64,000 nucleotides of DNA from positions 486,687-550,686 of the forward strand of contig CAVOQY010000013.1 in assembly GCA_963698465.1 (NCBI GenBank), read 5' to 3'. Below, one piece after another: positions 50,252-60,514 of the stretch (positions are counted from its first letter, which is position 1; the number at the start of each line of letters is the position of its first letter). The position numbers and the translations under genes were made by a program. The notes below the pieces were generated by a model, which saw nothing but the letters and a program-made list of their open reading frames with translations, did not search any database and was not told where the DNA came from. The DNA is from an uncultured delta proteobacterium (GTDB taxonomy: Bacteria; Desulfobacterota; Desulfobacteria; Desulfobacterales; UBA2156).

Positions 50252-50344
50252 GTCACCCCGGCAAATCCCGGATCGAGTCCAGGACAAGCGCCGGGGTCCG
50301 GTCATTTCAACTCCTTCTGGATGCCGGATCAGGTCCGGCAGGAC
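50252..50344. repeat. REP-like composite palindrome
   Basis: GTCACCCCGGC...GCCGGGGTCC and CTGGATGCCGGATCAGGTCCGGCAGGAC, with a nested CCCGGATCGAGTCCAGG unit. Confidence 0.6.
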
Positions 50345-50480
50345 GGAAATTGCCTTTTTTCAAAGGGTCTTGCAAGAGGCGATTCTCGAATTGGAGTTGA
50401 CATTTTCGGCGGTCTTTACCATATATCACCCTGTTTCGGCAAACCCGGACGCCCTGCATCCTTTGCGTGGACAAGCCATC

Positions 50481-52010
50481 ATGATCGTCGTCATCGATTT
50501 CGGTTCCCAGTACAACCAGCTCATCGCCCGCCGGGTCAGGGAGCTGCATGTCTTCTGCCGCATCGAGCCTCCCGGCATTTCCATGGAACAGCTTCGCGGA
50601 TTGAATCCAAAAGGGATCATTCTTTCGGGAGGACCGTCGAGCATCTACGAAAAGAAAAGCCCTAAAATGGATCCCGCCGTGTTCGATTTGGGCATTCCGA
50701 TTTTAGGCATCTGCTACGGCATGCAGTTCATGGTGGATGCACTTGGAGGATCGGTGGCTCCGGCTCAAAAAAGAGAATACGGCTTCGCCCTGCTTAAGGT
50801 CAAGAAAAAGGGCGGGCTCTTTTCAGGCCTTTCGGCAAATACCCGATGCTGGATGAGCCACGGGGACTCCATAAAGACGCTCCCCCCGGGCTTTGCCGTG
50901 ACGGCATCGACGGAAAATACGCCCATCGCATCGGCGGCCAGGGCCGACAAGAAATTATACGGGCTTCAATTCCACCCCGAGGTACATCACACCCCCCAAG
51001 GCAAGCGGCTGCTTAAAAACTTCCTGTTCGACGTCTGCGGATGCAAGCCCACCTGGACCATGTCCTCTTTCGCCCGGGATATGACCCGGGAGATCCAAAA
51101 AAGCGTGGGGGACGAAAAAATCATCCTGGGCCTAAGCGGAGGGGTGGACTCTTCGGTGACCGCCGTCCTGGTCCACCGGGCCGTCGGAAAAAATCTCACC
51201 TGTATCTTCGTGGACAACGGGCTTCTCCGAAAAAACGAGGCCGATGACCTGAAAAAAACCCTTTCCGACCACCTGAACATCCAGATCCGCTACGTCAAGG
51301 CGGGCCGTAAGTTCTTGAAGGCACTCAAGGGGGTGACCGACCCGGAGAAGAAAAGAAAGATCATCGGCCGTGTTTTCATGGAAGTCTTCGAGGCCGAAGC
51401 AAAGAAACTCAAAAAGGTCCGGTTTTTAGCCCAGGGAACCCTCTACCCCGACGTCATCGAATCCGTCTCCGCTTTCGGAGGCCCCACCTCCGTGATCAAG
51501 TCCCATCACAACGTGGGAGGGCTTCCCAGGAAGATGAAGCTGAAGCTCGTGGAACCCCTCCGGTATCTCTTCAAGGACGAAGTCCGCGTCCTGGGCAAAA
51601 AGCTGGGACTCAGCGAACAGTGGATCTGGCGGCAGCCCTTCCCCGGCCCGGGCCTGGCCATCCGCATCATCGGGGCCGTCACCCCGAGTCGGCTCTCCAT
51701 CCTGCGCCAGATCGACGCGATCCTGGACGAAGAAATCCGAAGCGCAGGTCTTTATCGGCGCCTGTGGCAGTCCTTTGCCGTCCTGCTTCCCCTTAAAAGC
51801 GTGGGAATCATGGGAGACCAGCGCACCTATGAGAACATCGCCGCCATCCGCGCGGTGAAGAGCAAAGACGCCATGACGGCGGATTGGGCCAAGCTTCCCC
51901 ATGCCCTTTTGGGAAAAGTTTCCAACCGCATCATCAACGAAGTCAGGGGCGTCAACCGCGTCGTTTACGACATCAGCTCGAAACCGCCGAGCACCATCGA
52001 ATGGGAGTAG
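50481..52010 (+). CDS. guaA: GMP synthase (glutamine-hydrolysing)
   Basis: DFGSQY, GICYGMQ, QFHPEV, SGGVDS, IKSHHNVGG, SKPPSTIEWE. Confidence 0.97.
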   Translation: MIVVIDFGSQYNQLIARRVRELHVFCRIEPPGISMEQLRGLNPKGIILSGGPSSIYEKKSPKMDPAVFDLGIPILGICYGMQFMVDALGGSVAPAQKREYGFALLKVKKKGGLFSGLSANTRCWMSHGDSIKTLPPGFAVTASTENTPIASAARADKKLYGLQFHPEVHHTPQGKRLLKNFLFDVCGCKPTWTMSSFARDMTREIQKSVGDEKIILGLSGGVDSSVTAVLVHRAVGKNLTCIFVDNGLLRKNEADDLKKTLSDHLNIQIRYVKAGRKFLKALKGVTDPEKKRKIIGRVFMEVFEAEAKKLKKVRFLAQGTLYPDVIESVSAFGGPTSVIKSHHNVGGLPRKMKLKLVEPLRYLFKDEVRVLGKKLGLSEQWIWRQPFPGPGLAIRIIGAVTPSRLSILRQIDAILDEEIRSAGLYRRLWQSFAVLLPLKSVGIMGDQRTYENIAAIRAVKSKDAMTADWAKLPHALLGKVSNRIINEVRGVNRVVYDISSKPPSTIEWE

Positions 52011-52015
52011 GCGCC

Positions 52016-52858
52016 ATGGTGGAAAACCCAAAGGAACCCCGATTCCGGATCGGCCGGGAAGACCGGCCCGAAACGATCCTGGAAGCCGAGGAAAAGACGC
52101 CCGAAATCCAGAAGGTCAGCCATCGGGTCACCCGTGTGACCGTCCTGATTCTCTTGCTGCTGGCCGCCGTCTTCGGTGTCAGTTATTTCCAGTTGAAGAA
52201 GCGATTCAACCAGGTTCACGACGAAGGGACCCAGGGACTCAGCGCCGTGTCCAGAAACATCGAGAACCGGTTTCTATCCCTTCTGGAAGAACAGGAAAAG
52301 ATGAAAGACGAACTGGAAAACAAGATCCGGTCCCTGGAAAAGCGCGCCGGCGACCTCAAGACGTCGATTCAGCAGGCCGAAAAGCAGGTCTTGGACCTGG
52401 GCGCATCCAAGACCGATAAAAAAGAGATGGAAAACACCCTGTCCAAATTCGACGAGGCCTTGAAAGCCTTTCAGAAAGAACTCTCCGGGCTTTCCGGAAC
52501 CCTTCCCCGCATGGAAAAAAAATGGACCACGGAAATGACCCAGATCGCGGAAGCGCTTGGGAAACTGAAAACCGAAATAACCCGGGCCCAGGAGGAAGTC
52601 GGGGCCCTTTCGCTGAAAAAGGCCGACAAAGCCATCCTGGACGTCAAATTCAAAAGCGAGCAAAAGGCGTTCCGCCGGATGCTTGATCAGGCCGTTCAGG
52701 AGTTGGAGGCCCGGGTTCAAACGCTACAGCGGCGGCTCGACCTTTTTGAGAAAAGCCGGGCTCCCGCCCAATCCAATCCGCCTCCCAGGGTTCAAAAACC
52801 CGAAGCTTCCCCTGCCCCGGAATCGGGGAAGATCCAGGAGGAGACGATCAAGGAATAA
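52016..52858 (+). CDS. bitopic coiled-coil hypothetical protein
   Basis: One TM segment followed by a long heptad-rich region; starts 5 nt after the guaA stop. Confidence 0.7.
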   Translation: MVENPKEPRFRIGREDRPETILEAEEKTPEIQKVSHRVTRVTVLILLLLAAVFGVSYFQLKKRFNQVHDEGTQGLSAVSRNIENRFLSLLEEQEKMKDELENKIRSLEKRAGDLKTSIQQAEKQVLDLGASKTDKKEMENTLSKFDEALKAFQKELSGLSGTLPRMEKKWTTEMTQIAEALGKLKTEITRAQEEVGALSLKKADKAILDVKFKSEQKAFRRMLDQAVQELEARVQTLQRRLDLFEKSRAPAQSNPPPRVQKPEASPAPESGKIQEETIKE

Positions 52859-52900
52859 CCCTGGCGTCCTGTCCCGTTTTCCGCCGCCGGACAGCGCCGG

Positions 52901-53668
52901 TCAGGTTTCGGTTTCCGGTTCCTGAATCAAAGCCTCCACGCGCCGGATGTCGGACGGCATGTCCACCTCCGGGGAATCGTACCCGGTGACGACCACTTTG
53001 ATTTTGTAGCCGTGCTCGAGAGCTCTAAGCTGTTCCAATTTCTCGATCTGCTCCAGATTCCCTTCCGGCAGGCGCCGGAACGCTTCCAGGAAGTCTCGGG
53101 TATAGGCATAGATCCCCAGGTGTTTATAAGTGGGAAAGACAGCACCGGGATCCCGACCGAAGGGGATAGGTGATCTCGAAAAATACAAGGCAAATCCCCG
53201 TGCATCGAAGACCACTTTCACATCTTTGGGGTCGGTGATCTCCCGCGGGTTCACGATGGCCAAAGCCAGAGTGGCCATACCGAGTTCCGGGTCTTCCAGA
53301 AGGGGGGCGGTGACCTCGACCAGGGATTCGGGGTGGATCAAAGGCTGGTCTCCCTGGATGTTGATGACGATGTCGCTTCCCCGCAGGGCGAGGATCCCGG
53401 CTGCTTCCGCCACCCGATCCGTCCCCGATCGATGGTCCGGGAGAGTCATCACCGCGCGCCCCCCGAAAGCACGCACCGATTCGGCGATCCGGGCGTCATC
53501 GGTGGCCACAATCACTTCCGGCGCGACCCGACCCTCCTTCACCCGTTCGTACACCCTCTGGATCATCGGCTTTCCCGAGATCATGGCCAGAGGCTTTCCC
53601 TCGAACCGCGTGGAGGCATACCGGGAAGGAATGACGGCGACGATCTTCCTTGGGAAAGCCGTGTTCAA
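52901..53668 (-). CDS. kdsB: 3-deoxy-manno-octulosonate cytidylyltransferase
   Basis: IPSRYASTRFEGKPL, HRSGTDR, NIQGDQP, YFSRSPIP, EKLEQLRALE. Confidence 0.96.
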   Translation of the reverse strand: MNTAFPRKIVAVIPSRYASTRFEGKPLAMISGKPMIQRVYERVKEGRVAPEVIVATDDARIAESVRAFGGRAVMTLPDHRSGTDRVAEAAGILALRGSDIVINIQGDQPLIHPESLVEVTAPLLEDPELGMATLALAIVNPREITDPKDVKVVFDARGFALYFSRSPIPFGRDPGAVFPTYKHLGIYAYTRDFLEAFRRLPEGNLEQIEKLEQLRALEHGYKIKVVVTGYDSPEVDMPSDIRRVEALIQEPETET

Positions 53669-53882
53669 TGGGTGCTCTTCCTTGAAAAGCTGCTGGTTTC
53701 GACCACAAGGTTTCTCAAAAAGAAGCCAGCCTTGTTTTTAAAAAATCCCAAATGGGTTGTAAAGGGAAATAACCGGATCCTCTTTTCGTTTGACAGGATG
53801 CGCCACGGTATTGTATTTTCCTCCCCGATTCCATCGATAACTTTATCCACCCAACCAGAATCGATGCCGCCGTAAACTCCCG

Positions 53883-56800
53883 ATGAAAAAAAATACCGTC
53901 AGCCCTTTTCCTGGCTTCAATGTTGGCTCCGGACCCGGCAAACCCCTGAGGGTCCTGGGCATTTGTCTCGGGGCATCCACCGTTTCCATTGTGGAAGTTT
54001 TTTGGCCCGGTGAGGCCTCCGGGCCGGATTCCGGAGGTTCATCCGCCCATGCGCCGAAAATCGTCAAACATGCCCTGTTTCCCCATGAGGGAAATCCCAA
54101 AGAGACCCTTCTCCGCGCCCTGAAATCCGTGGACCCGAACGCCTACGACCGTATCGCCGCCACCGGGAGGCGATTCAGGAGGTTCGTCCGTCTGTCCTCC
54201 ATCCCGGAACCCGAGGCGGTGGAATACGCTTACGGCTTCACCAAGCCTCCGGGCGTCGACTGTCCCGCCGTGGTCTCCGCAGGCGGTGAGACGTTCATGG
54301 TTTACGTGCTGAACAGCCGTGGCGAGATCTCCAACGTGCTGACCGGGAACAAATGCGCGTCAGGTACGGGGGAATTTTTTCTTCAGCAGCTGCGGCGGAT
54401 GGACGTCTCTCTCCAGGAGGCCGCCTGCTTCGCGGCGTCTGAATCGCCCCATCATGTTTCGGGCCGTTGCTCCGTCTTCTGCAAATCCGACTGCACCCAC
54501 GCCACCAACAAGGGGATCCCCCGTTCCCAGGTCACCGCGGGCCTTTGCAAGATGATGGCCCACAAGATCCTCGAACTGCTCAAGAAAGTGGAAAAGAAAA
54601 ACGTGATGATCGTCGGGGGGACCGCCCAAAACCAGACGATGGTGGCGTATCTGAAAAAGGAGATCTCGGGCCTGATCGTCCCGGAAGAGGCCTCCTTTTT
54701 CGAAGCCCTCGGTGCGGCGTTGTGGTCTCTGAACTCGGGAAACCCTCCCCTTCCCCGGCTTTTCAAGCCTGATCCGGGAAGAGGTGAGCCCTTTCGACAC
54801 CCTGCCGCCGCTGAGCGAATCCGCCGATCGCGTCTCTTTCAAGACTGTCGAAATGGGAGTTCCCCGACCGGGGGATGTCTGTATTTTGGGGCTTGACGTG
54901 GGTTCCACCACCACCAAAGCGGTTCTGGTGCGGACCCGGGATCAGGCCATACTGGCCTCCATCTACCTGCGCACCTCCGGGGATCCGGTGGGCGCCTCCC
55001 GGCAGTGCTACCGGCATCTCCTCGAAAGCATCGGCAAGCACGTGGACCCCTCCGAGATTTGCATCGAAGGGCAGGGAGTCTGCGGGTCAGGGCGCCAAAT
55101 CGCAGGCCTTCACGCGCTCACGGACGGCGTCATCAACGAAATCATCGCCCATGCAGCCGCCGCCGTTTATTTCGATCCCGATGTGGACACGATTTTCGAG
55201 ATCGGCGGTCAGGACGCCAAATACACCTACATCATCAACGGCGTCCCTTCCGATTATGCCATGAACGAAGCCTGTTCGGCCGGCACCGGATCTTTCCTGG
55301 AGGAATCGGCCCTCGAGACCCTGAACATCCCCATGGAGGAAATCGCCGAAATCGCGCTTTCCGGCCGACGCCCCCCCAATTTCAATGACCAGTGCGCCGC
55401 CTTCATCGCCTCCGACATCAAAAACGCCATTCACGAGGGCATCCGCCGGGAAGATATCGTGGCGGGGCTGGTCTATTCCATCTGCATGAATTACACCAAT
55501 CGGGTCAAGGGCAACCGCCCCGTGGGCGAAAAAATCTTCATGCAGGGCGGCGTCTGCTACAACCGTGCGGTCCCTTTAGCCATGGCCGCCCTGGTGGGAA
55601 AGCCCATCATCGTGCCGCCGGAGCCCGGCCTCATGGGCGCCTTCGGAGTGGCCCTGGAAGTGCAGAAGCGCATCGAAAACGGCCTGATGCAAAAAAGCCG
55701 CGTGGATCTTTCCGCCCTCATCGAACGGGAGGTTGTCTATCGGAAGCCTTTCACCTGCAAAGGGGGCAAAGCGCGATGCGACCGAGGGTGCCGGATCGCA
55801 GTCATCGAACTGGAAAAAAAGACCTACCCCTTCGGCGGCGCCTGCAACCGGTACTACAACCTCCGCCACCATATCCGCCATGACATCGAAAAACTCGATT
55901 ACGTGCGGCAACGGCAACGCCTCGTCTTCGAAAAATACGCGCCTCAGGCAACACCGGATCCAGGAACGGCCCCCAGGGGAAGGATCGGTTTCAACCGAAG
56001 CTTCCTGGTCAACACCTACTATCCCCTTTATGCCGCCTTTTTTTCCAGCCTGGGATTTCAGCCTGTCATTCCGAAAACCCCTACCCAGCAGGGCATCGAC
56101 GCAAGGGGCGCCCCGTTCTGCTATCCGGCAGAGCTGGCCCACGGGTTTTTCCATGCCCTCATTGCGTCCGAAGACCCGCCTGAGACGCTCTTTCTGCCCC
56201 ATTTCAAAGCAGTGCCCCTTCTGGAAAAAAACTCGGGCTCCCAAGTCTGCCCCCTGGCACAGGGGGAGACCTATTATCTGAGAAGCGCCTTCAAAAGAGA
56301 GCTGGAACAGCTTCGGCACAAAGGCACCACCCTGCTGACGCCGGTCATCGACCTGACATCCGGCATGGTCGCCGCACGAAACCCCCTGGTCCAGTGCGCT
56401 GTGGAGATAGGCATTTCCAAAACCCGAGCCGAAGCGGCGTTTGGATTCGCCATAGAGGTACAAGACGCTTTCCGGGAAGAAATCCGCTCCACGGGAAAGG
56501 CCCTGCTCGAGGATCTGGAAAAGGACCCGGAAAAGATGGCCGTGATTCTTTTCGGCCGCCCCTACAGCGCCTTTGCCGACGAAGCCCACATGGGGATCCC
56601 CCACAAGCTGGCCTCCAGGGGGGTGACCGTGATCCCCCTGGATTTCCTGCCCGTCGACGGAGATCTTTCCAAGCGGCACATGTACTGGGGGATGGGACAG
56701 CTCATCCTCAAAGCGGCAAGGTACGTCAAGAACCATCCCCAGCTTTTCGGAACCTACATTACCAACTTCAGTTGCGGTCCGGATTCTTTCCTTATCGGCT

Positions 56801-58332
56801 ATTTCCGCGAAGTCATGGGTCGGAAGCCCTCCTTGACCCTCGAACTCGACAGCCACACGGCCGACGCGGGCTTGGAGACCCGCATCGAGGCCTTCCTGGA
56901 CATCGTGGCGTCCTATCGTCAATTGAGTGCCCGGCGGCAAATTCCGATGGTTCGGAAAACCTTTTTGGCTTCCATGGTCGTTTTGGGAAACGGAAAACCC
57001 CACGTGATCACTTCCCGGGGAGAGACACTGCCCATGACGGACCCGCGGGTTTGCCTTCTTTTTCCGTCCATGGGCAACCTCGCTTCCGAGTCGATTGCCG
57101 CGATATTCCAGGGGAGCGGGTATCATGCCAAGGCCCACCCCCCCTCCGATGAAGGCGTGCTGAAATTGGGCCGGGCCAACACCACCTGCAAGGAGTGCCT
57201 GCCGTTGATCCTGACCACCGGAACCTTGCTCAACTACATCCACAACGAAAAAAAGGAGGATGAAGTCCTGGTCTACTTCATGCCCACCGGATCGGGCCCC
57301 TGCCGCTTCGGGCAGTACTCCATCTTCATGGAGGATTTGATCCGGAGATTCGAAATCCCGGACACCGCAGTCCTTTCCCTATCCTCGGACAATGCTTACA
57401 TGGGCATGGAAAACGGTTTTCAAAAGCGGGGCTGGTGGTCGGTGGTCATTTCGGATGCCATGGAAGACATCCGCTCCATGCTCCTGGCCAATGCCAAGGA
57501 TCCGGAGCAGGCCATGAAGTTCTTTTACCGGGAGTGGGGCTGTGTCCTGGAAGCCCTCAAGTCCGGGGAGTACGCACCCATCCGCACCCAGCTCTTGGAG
57601 AGCAGCCGGCGCCTCGGGTCGATTCCCGTGAAACTGCCCCCGGAAGAAGTCCCCACCATCGCTCTTTCCGGAGAGATCTTCGTTCGCCGGGATCCCTTGT
57701 CACGCCAGTTCATCACGGAACGGCTCGCCGAAAACGGGTTCGCGGTCATCTGCTCCCCCATCGCCGAATGGATGCGCTATTCGGATTTCACCGTGAGACA
57801 CGGCTACAGCAACTTCATCCCCTCTTTGAAGGAAAGGCTGGGTCTTTTCATCAAGGATTTTCACATGAATTGGTACGAAAGGGGAATCAAGAACACGCTG
57901 GCCCGGTCCGGGCTCCTGACGCCCACCTTCACCGACATCAAGAAGATCCTCCAGGCCGCTTCACCCCACATCGCACCGGACTTGGCCGGAGAAGCGGTGC
58001 TGACCGTGGGCAGCGCCCTGGTGGACATCGCCAGCCACGCCTGCGGTGTCATCGCCATCGGCCCTTTCGGATGCATGCCCAACCGTCTGTCCGAGGCCAT
58101 TCTTTCCGAATCCATGACGCGGGAAGGAAAGCTTGCAGCCGATCCTGCCAACCCCAGGCTGAAAACGGTTCTCACAGACGTGGAAGACCTCCCTTTCCTG
58201 GCCATCGAAAGCGACGGCTCCCCCTTCCCCCAGCTCATCACGGCCAAGCTGGAAGCCTTTTGTCTCAGGGCTAAAAGGCTTCACGAAAAGATGCGCTCCG
58301 GTGAAAGAAAAGCCGGCCGCAAGCGGCTCTGA
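53883..58332 (+). CDS. large multidomain CoA-substrate-specific activase / 2-hydroxyacyl-CoA dehydratase-like protein, apparent +1 frameshift at ~54735-54740
   Basis: Two BadF-type ATPase domains (GNKCASGTGEFF; GLDVGSTTTK, GGQDAK, NEACSAGTGSF), then PFCYPAE, NFSCGPD, CLPL, GPCRFG, GPFGCMP. The +1 frame ETLPFPGFSSLIREEVSPF bridges the two ORFs. Confidence 0.85.
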
Positions 58333-58359
58333 AAAGATCAACCCCGGGGAACAAAGCCC

Positions 58360-59286
58360 ATGCAACCTCGACCGGACGTTCTGGTTGTGGGACGAAGCTG
58401 CCTTGACACTTTAGCCGTCGTGGAAGCCTACCCCAGGGAGGACACCAAGGCGCCGCTGGAATCCAGAATCCTCGAAGGAGGGGGACAGGGGGGAACCGCT
58501 TCCGCCTGCATCGCCCGCCTGGGCGGAAAAGTCCTGTACGTGGGCAGGGTGGGCGACGACGACGAGGGGCGATTCTGCCTCCGCCGCCTGAGAGACTTCG
58601 GCGTCGACACGGCCTTCGTGGACCAAGTGAAAGGAGGCAGGACCCCGGCCGCCTTCATCTTCGTGACGCGCCCCACCGGAAAGAGAACCATCTTTTACGA
58701 GAAAAATGCGCTCCCCCGCCTTTACATCAGCGACTTAAAGCCCGCACTGGCGTGCAGGCCGAGGGTGCTCCTTCTGGACCCGGAGACCACCTACCTGGCC
58801 GGCGCCTTGAAGCCCCGATTCCTGCACGGCGCCCGAATCGTCTACGACTGCGAGAGATGGCGCGACGGCATGGAAGCCATGATGGCCTCAGCCGATTTCT
58901 TCATCCCGTCGGCCCCGTTCCTGGATTCCGGGCGCCTTGGCCTGGAAGGCATGGGGTTTGCCGAAAAAATGCTTCGCCTCAATACCCGCCTCAAGGGGGC
59001 GCTCGTCGTCACCAAGGGAGCGCAGGGGGCCTATTACCTCGAGGGCGGCACCCTTTTCCGTGTCCTTGCACCGAAACTTCCCGTAAAAGACACCACCGGC
59101 GCCGGCGACAACTTCCACGCCGCCTTCGCCCTGGCGGTTTCCAGGGGACAGGCCCTTCACGAGGCGGTGTGTTTTTCCGTTGCCGTAGCCTCCTTGTCCT
59201 GCAGGGAGTACGGCGGTCGGAACGGGATTCCTGAGATTGAAGAAGCGGAGCGGCTGGCCCAACGCCTCGAAACGCGTAGGCTTTGA
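58360..59286 (+). CDS. PfkB-family sugar kinase
   Basis: GGQGGTA, GRVGDDDEG, VTKGAQG, DTTGAGDNFH. Confidence 0.9.
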   Translation: MQPRPDVLVVGRSCLDTLAVVEAYPREDTKAPLESRILEGGGQGGTASACIARLGGKVLYVGRVGDDDEGRFCLRRLRDFGVDTAFVDQVKGGRTPAAFIFVTRPTGKRTIFYEKNALPRLYISDLKPALACRPRVLLLDPETTYLAGALKPRFLHGARIVYDCERWRDGMEAMMASADFFIPSAPFLDSGRLGLEGMGFAEKMLRLNTRLKGALVVTKGAQGAYYLEGGTLFRVLAPKLPVKDTTGAGDNFHAAFALAVSRGQALHEAVCFSVAVASLSCREYGGRNGIPEIEEAERLAQRLETRRL

Positions 59287-59337
59287 GGCGCAGCGGATAA
59301 AACGCTCACTGGAGTCTGCTGAAGGGCATTTCGTTTT

Positions 59338-59684
59338 TTAAGGGGCCTGACGCTGCCAGCCTCCGATCAGATGCAGGTGAAGGTGAAAGATCACCTGCCC
59401 TCCCCCCTTTCCACGTTGAACAGGAGCTTGTAACCCGATTCGTCGACCCCTGAACGGCGCGCCATTTCCCTGGCGGTCACAATGAGGTCGGCCAGGATCT
59501 CCCGGTCCGAATCCGTGAGGTCGTTGATGCTCCGGATGTGCTTCCTGGGCACGAGGAGCAGGTGGACCGGTGCATGGGGGCGGATGTCTTTGAAGACCAC
59601 CAGCCGATCGTTTTCATGTAAAAACGCCGTCTCCGTCTTTCCGGAGACGATCTTGCAGAACAGGCAGTCCGTTTCCATCTTCAT
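59338..59684 (-). CDS. hinT: HIT-family purine nucleoside phosphoramidase, frameshift in a G6 run at ~59402-59407
   Basis: DCLFCKI, FKDIRPHAPVHLL. One extra G restores GGGQVIFHLHLHLIGG (HIT motif) and a TAA at 59338-59340. Confidence 0.88.
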
Positions 59685-59690
59685 TTTCCT

Positions 59691-60461
59691 TCAGAAAGTC
59701 CAGACCTGAGACGATCCGCCGGGGTGACGGTTCCGGGGCTGTTGTTCGTCGCCCAGGGCCCAAGCAACGGCCTTTTTTCGATCCAGTTCCCATCTGCCGG
59801 TGCGCGCCGGTGCCTTCAAGGCTTTGTCCAGCAGTTCCAAAAAAAGGCTCCTCGGAATGTGCTCGGCTCCCATGCGGATCAGATGCGCCGTCGTAGTCTG
59901 GCAGTCGATCATGGCAAAAGACCACTCCAAAAGCTGGCCGACGAGAAAAACCAGCGCCGCCTTGGAGGCATTGGGCACCCGGGTGAACATGGATTCCCCG
60001 AAGAAGCATTTCCCCAAAGCCACACCATAAAGTCCCCCACAGAGATTTCCCCCCTGCCAGGTTTCCACCGAGTGGGCGAGCCCGTATTCATGAAGGCGGC
60101 AATAGGCTTCGATCATGTCCTGATCGATCCAGGTCTCCCCTCCGGCTTCCAGGCGCACACGGGCGCAGGCTGTGATGACTTCCCTGAAAGCCGTATCCAG
60201 GGTGACGCTGAACGCCTTTTTCCTGAGCACGCGCCTGAGGCTTCTGGAAATATGGAGTTTCTTCGGGAAAAGGACCAGACGGGGGTCCGGGGACCACCAG
60301 AGGATAGGCTCGCCCTCCCCGTACCAGGGAAAGATCCCGTTTCGATAGGCGGCGATGAGCCGCTCCAAGCTCAGATCCCCTCCCGCAGCCAGAAGGCCGT
60401 TGCTCTGGGAAAGGTAGGGCGGGGGGAAATCCGGTCTATCGGAGAGCAGGAAGATGGCCAT
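59691..60461 (-). CDS. aat: leucyl/phenylalanyl-tRNA--protein transferase
   Basis: GGDLSLERL, GIFPW, WWSPDPR, AHSVETW, GGLYGV, GESMF, IDCQ. Confidence 0.95.
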   Translation of the reverse strand: MAIFLLSDRPDFPPPYLSQSNGLLAAGGDLSLERLIAAYRNGIFPWYGEGEPILWWSPDPRLVLFPKKLHISRSLRRVLRKKAFSVTLDTAFREVITACARVRLEAGGETWIDQDMIEAYCRLHEYGLAHSVETWQGGNLCGGLYGVALGKCFFGESMFTRVPNASKAALVFLVGQLLEWSFAMIDCQTTTAHLIRMGAEHIPRSLFLELLDKALKAPARTGRWELDRKKAVAWALGDEQQPRNRHPGGSSQVWTF

Positions 60462-60514
60462 TGGGATTCCGCGGCGACGCGGCAAAAGAACATGCCGGCA
60501 AAAAGGCGACACGC

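Noticed and set aside
50397-50427. guaA promoter at TTGACA 50397-50402
   Set aside because: The best -10 candidates (TACCAT, TATATC) fall at 14- or 19-nt spacing, so no confident call.
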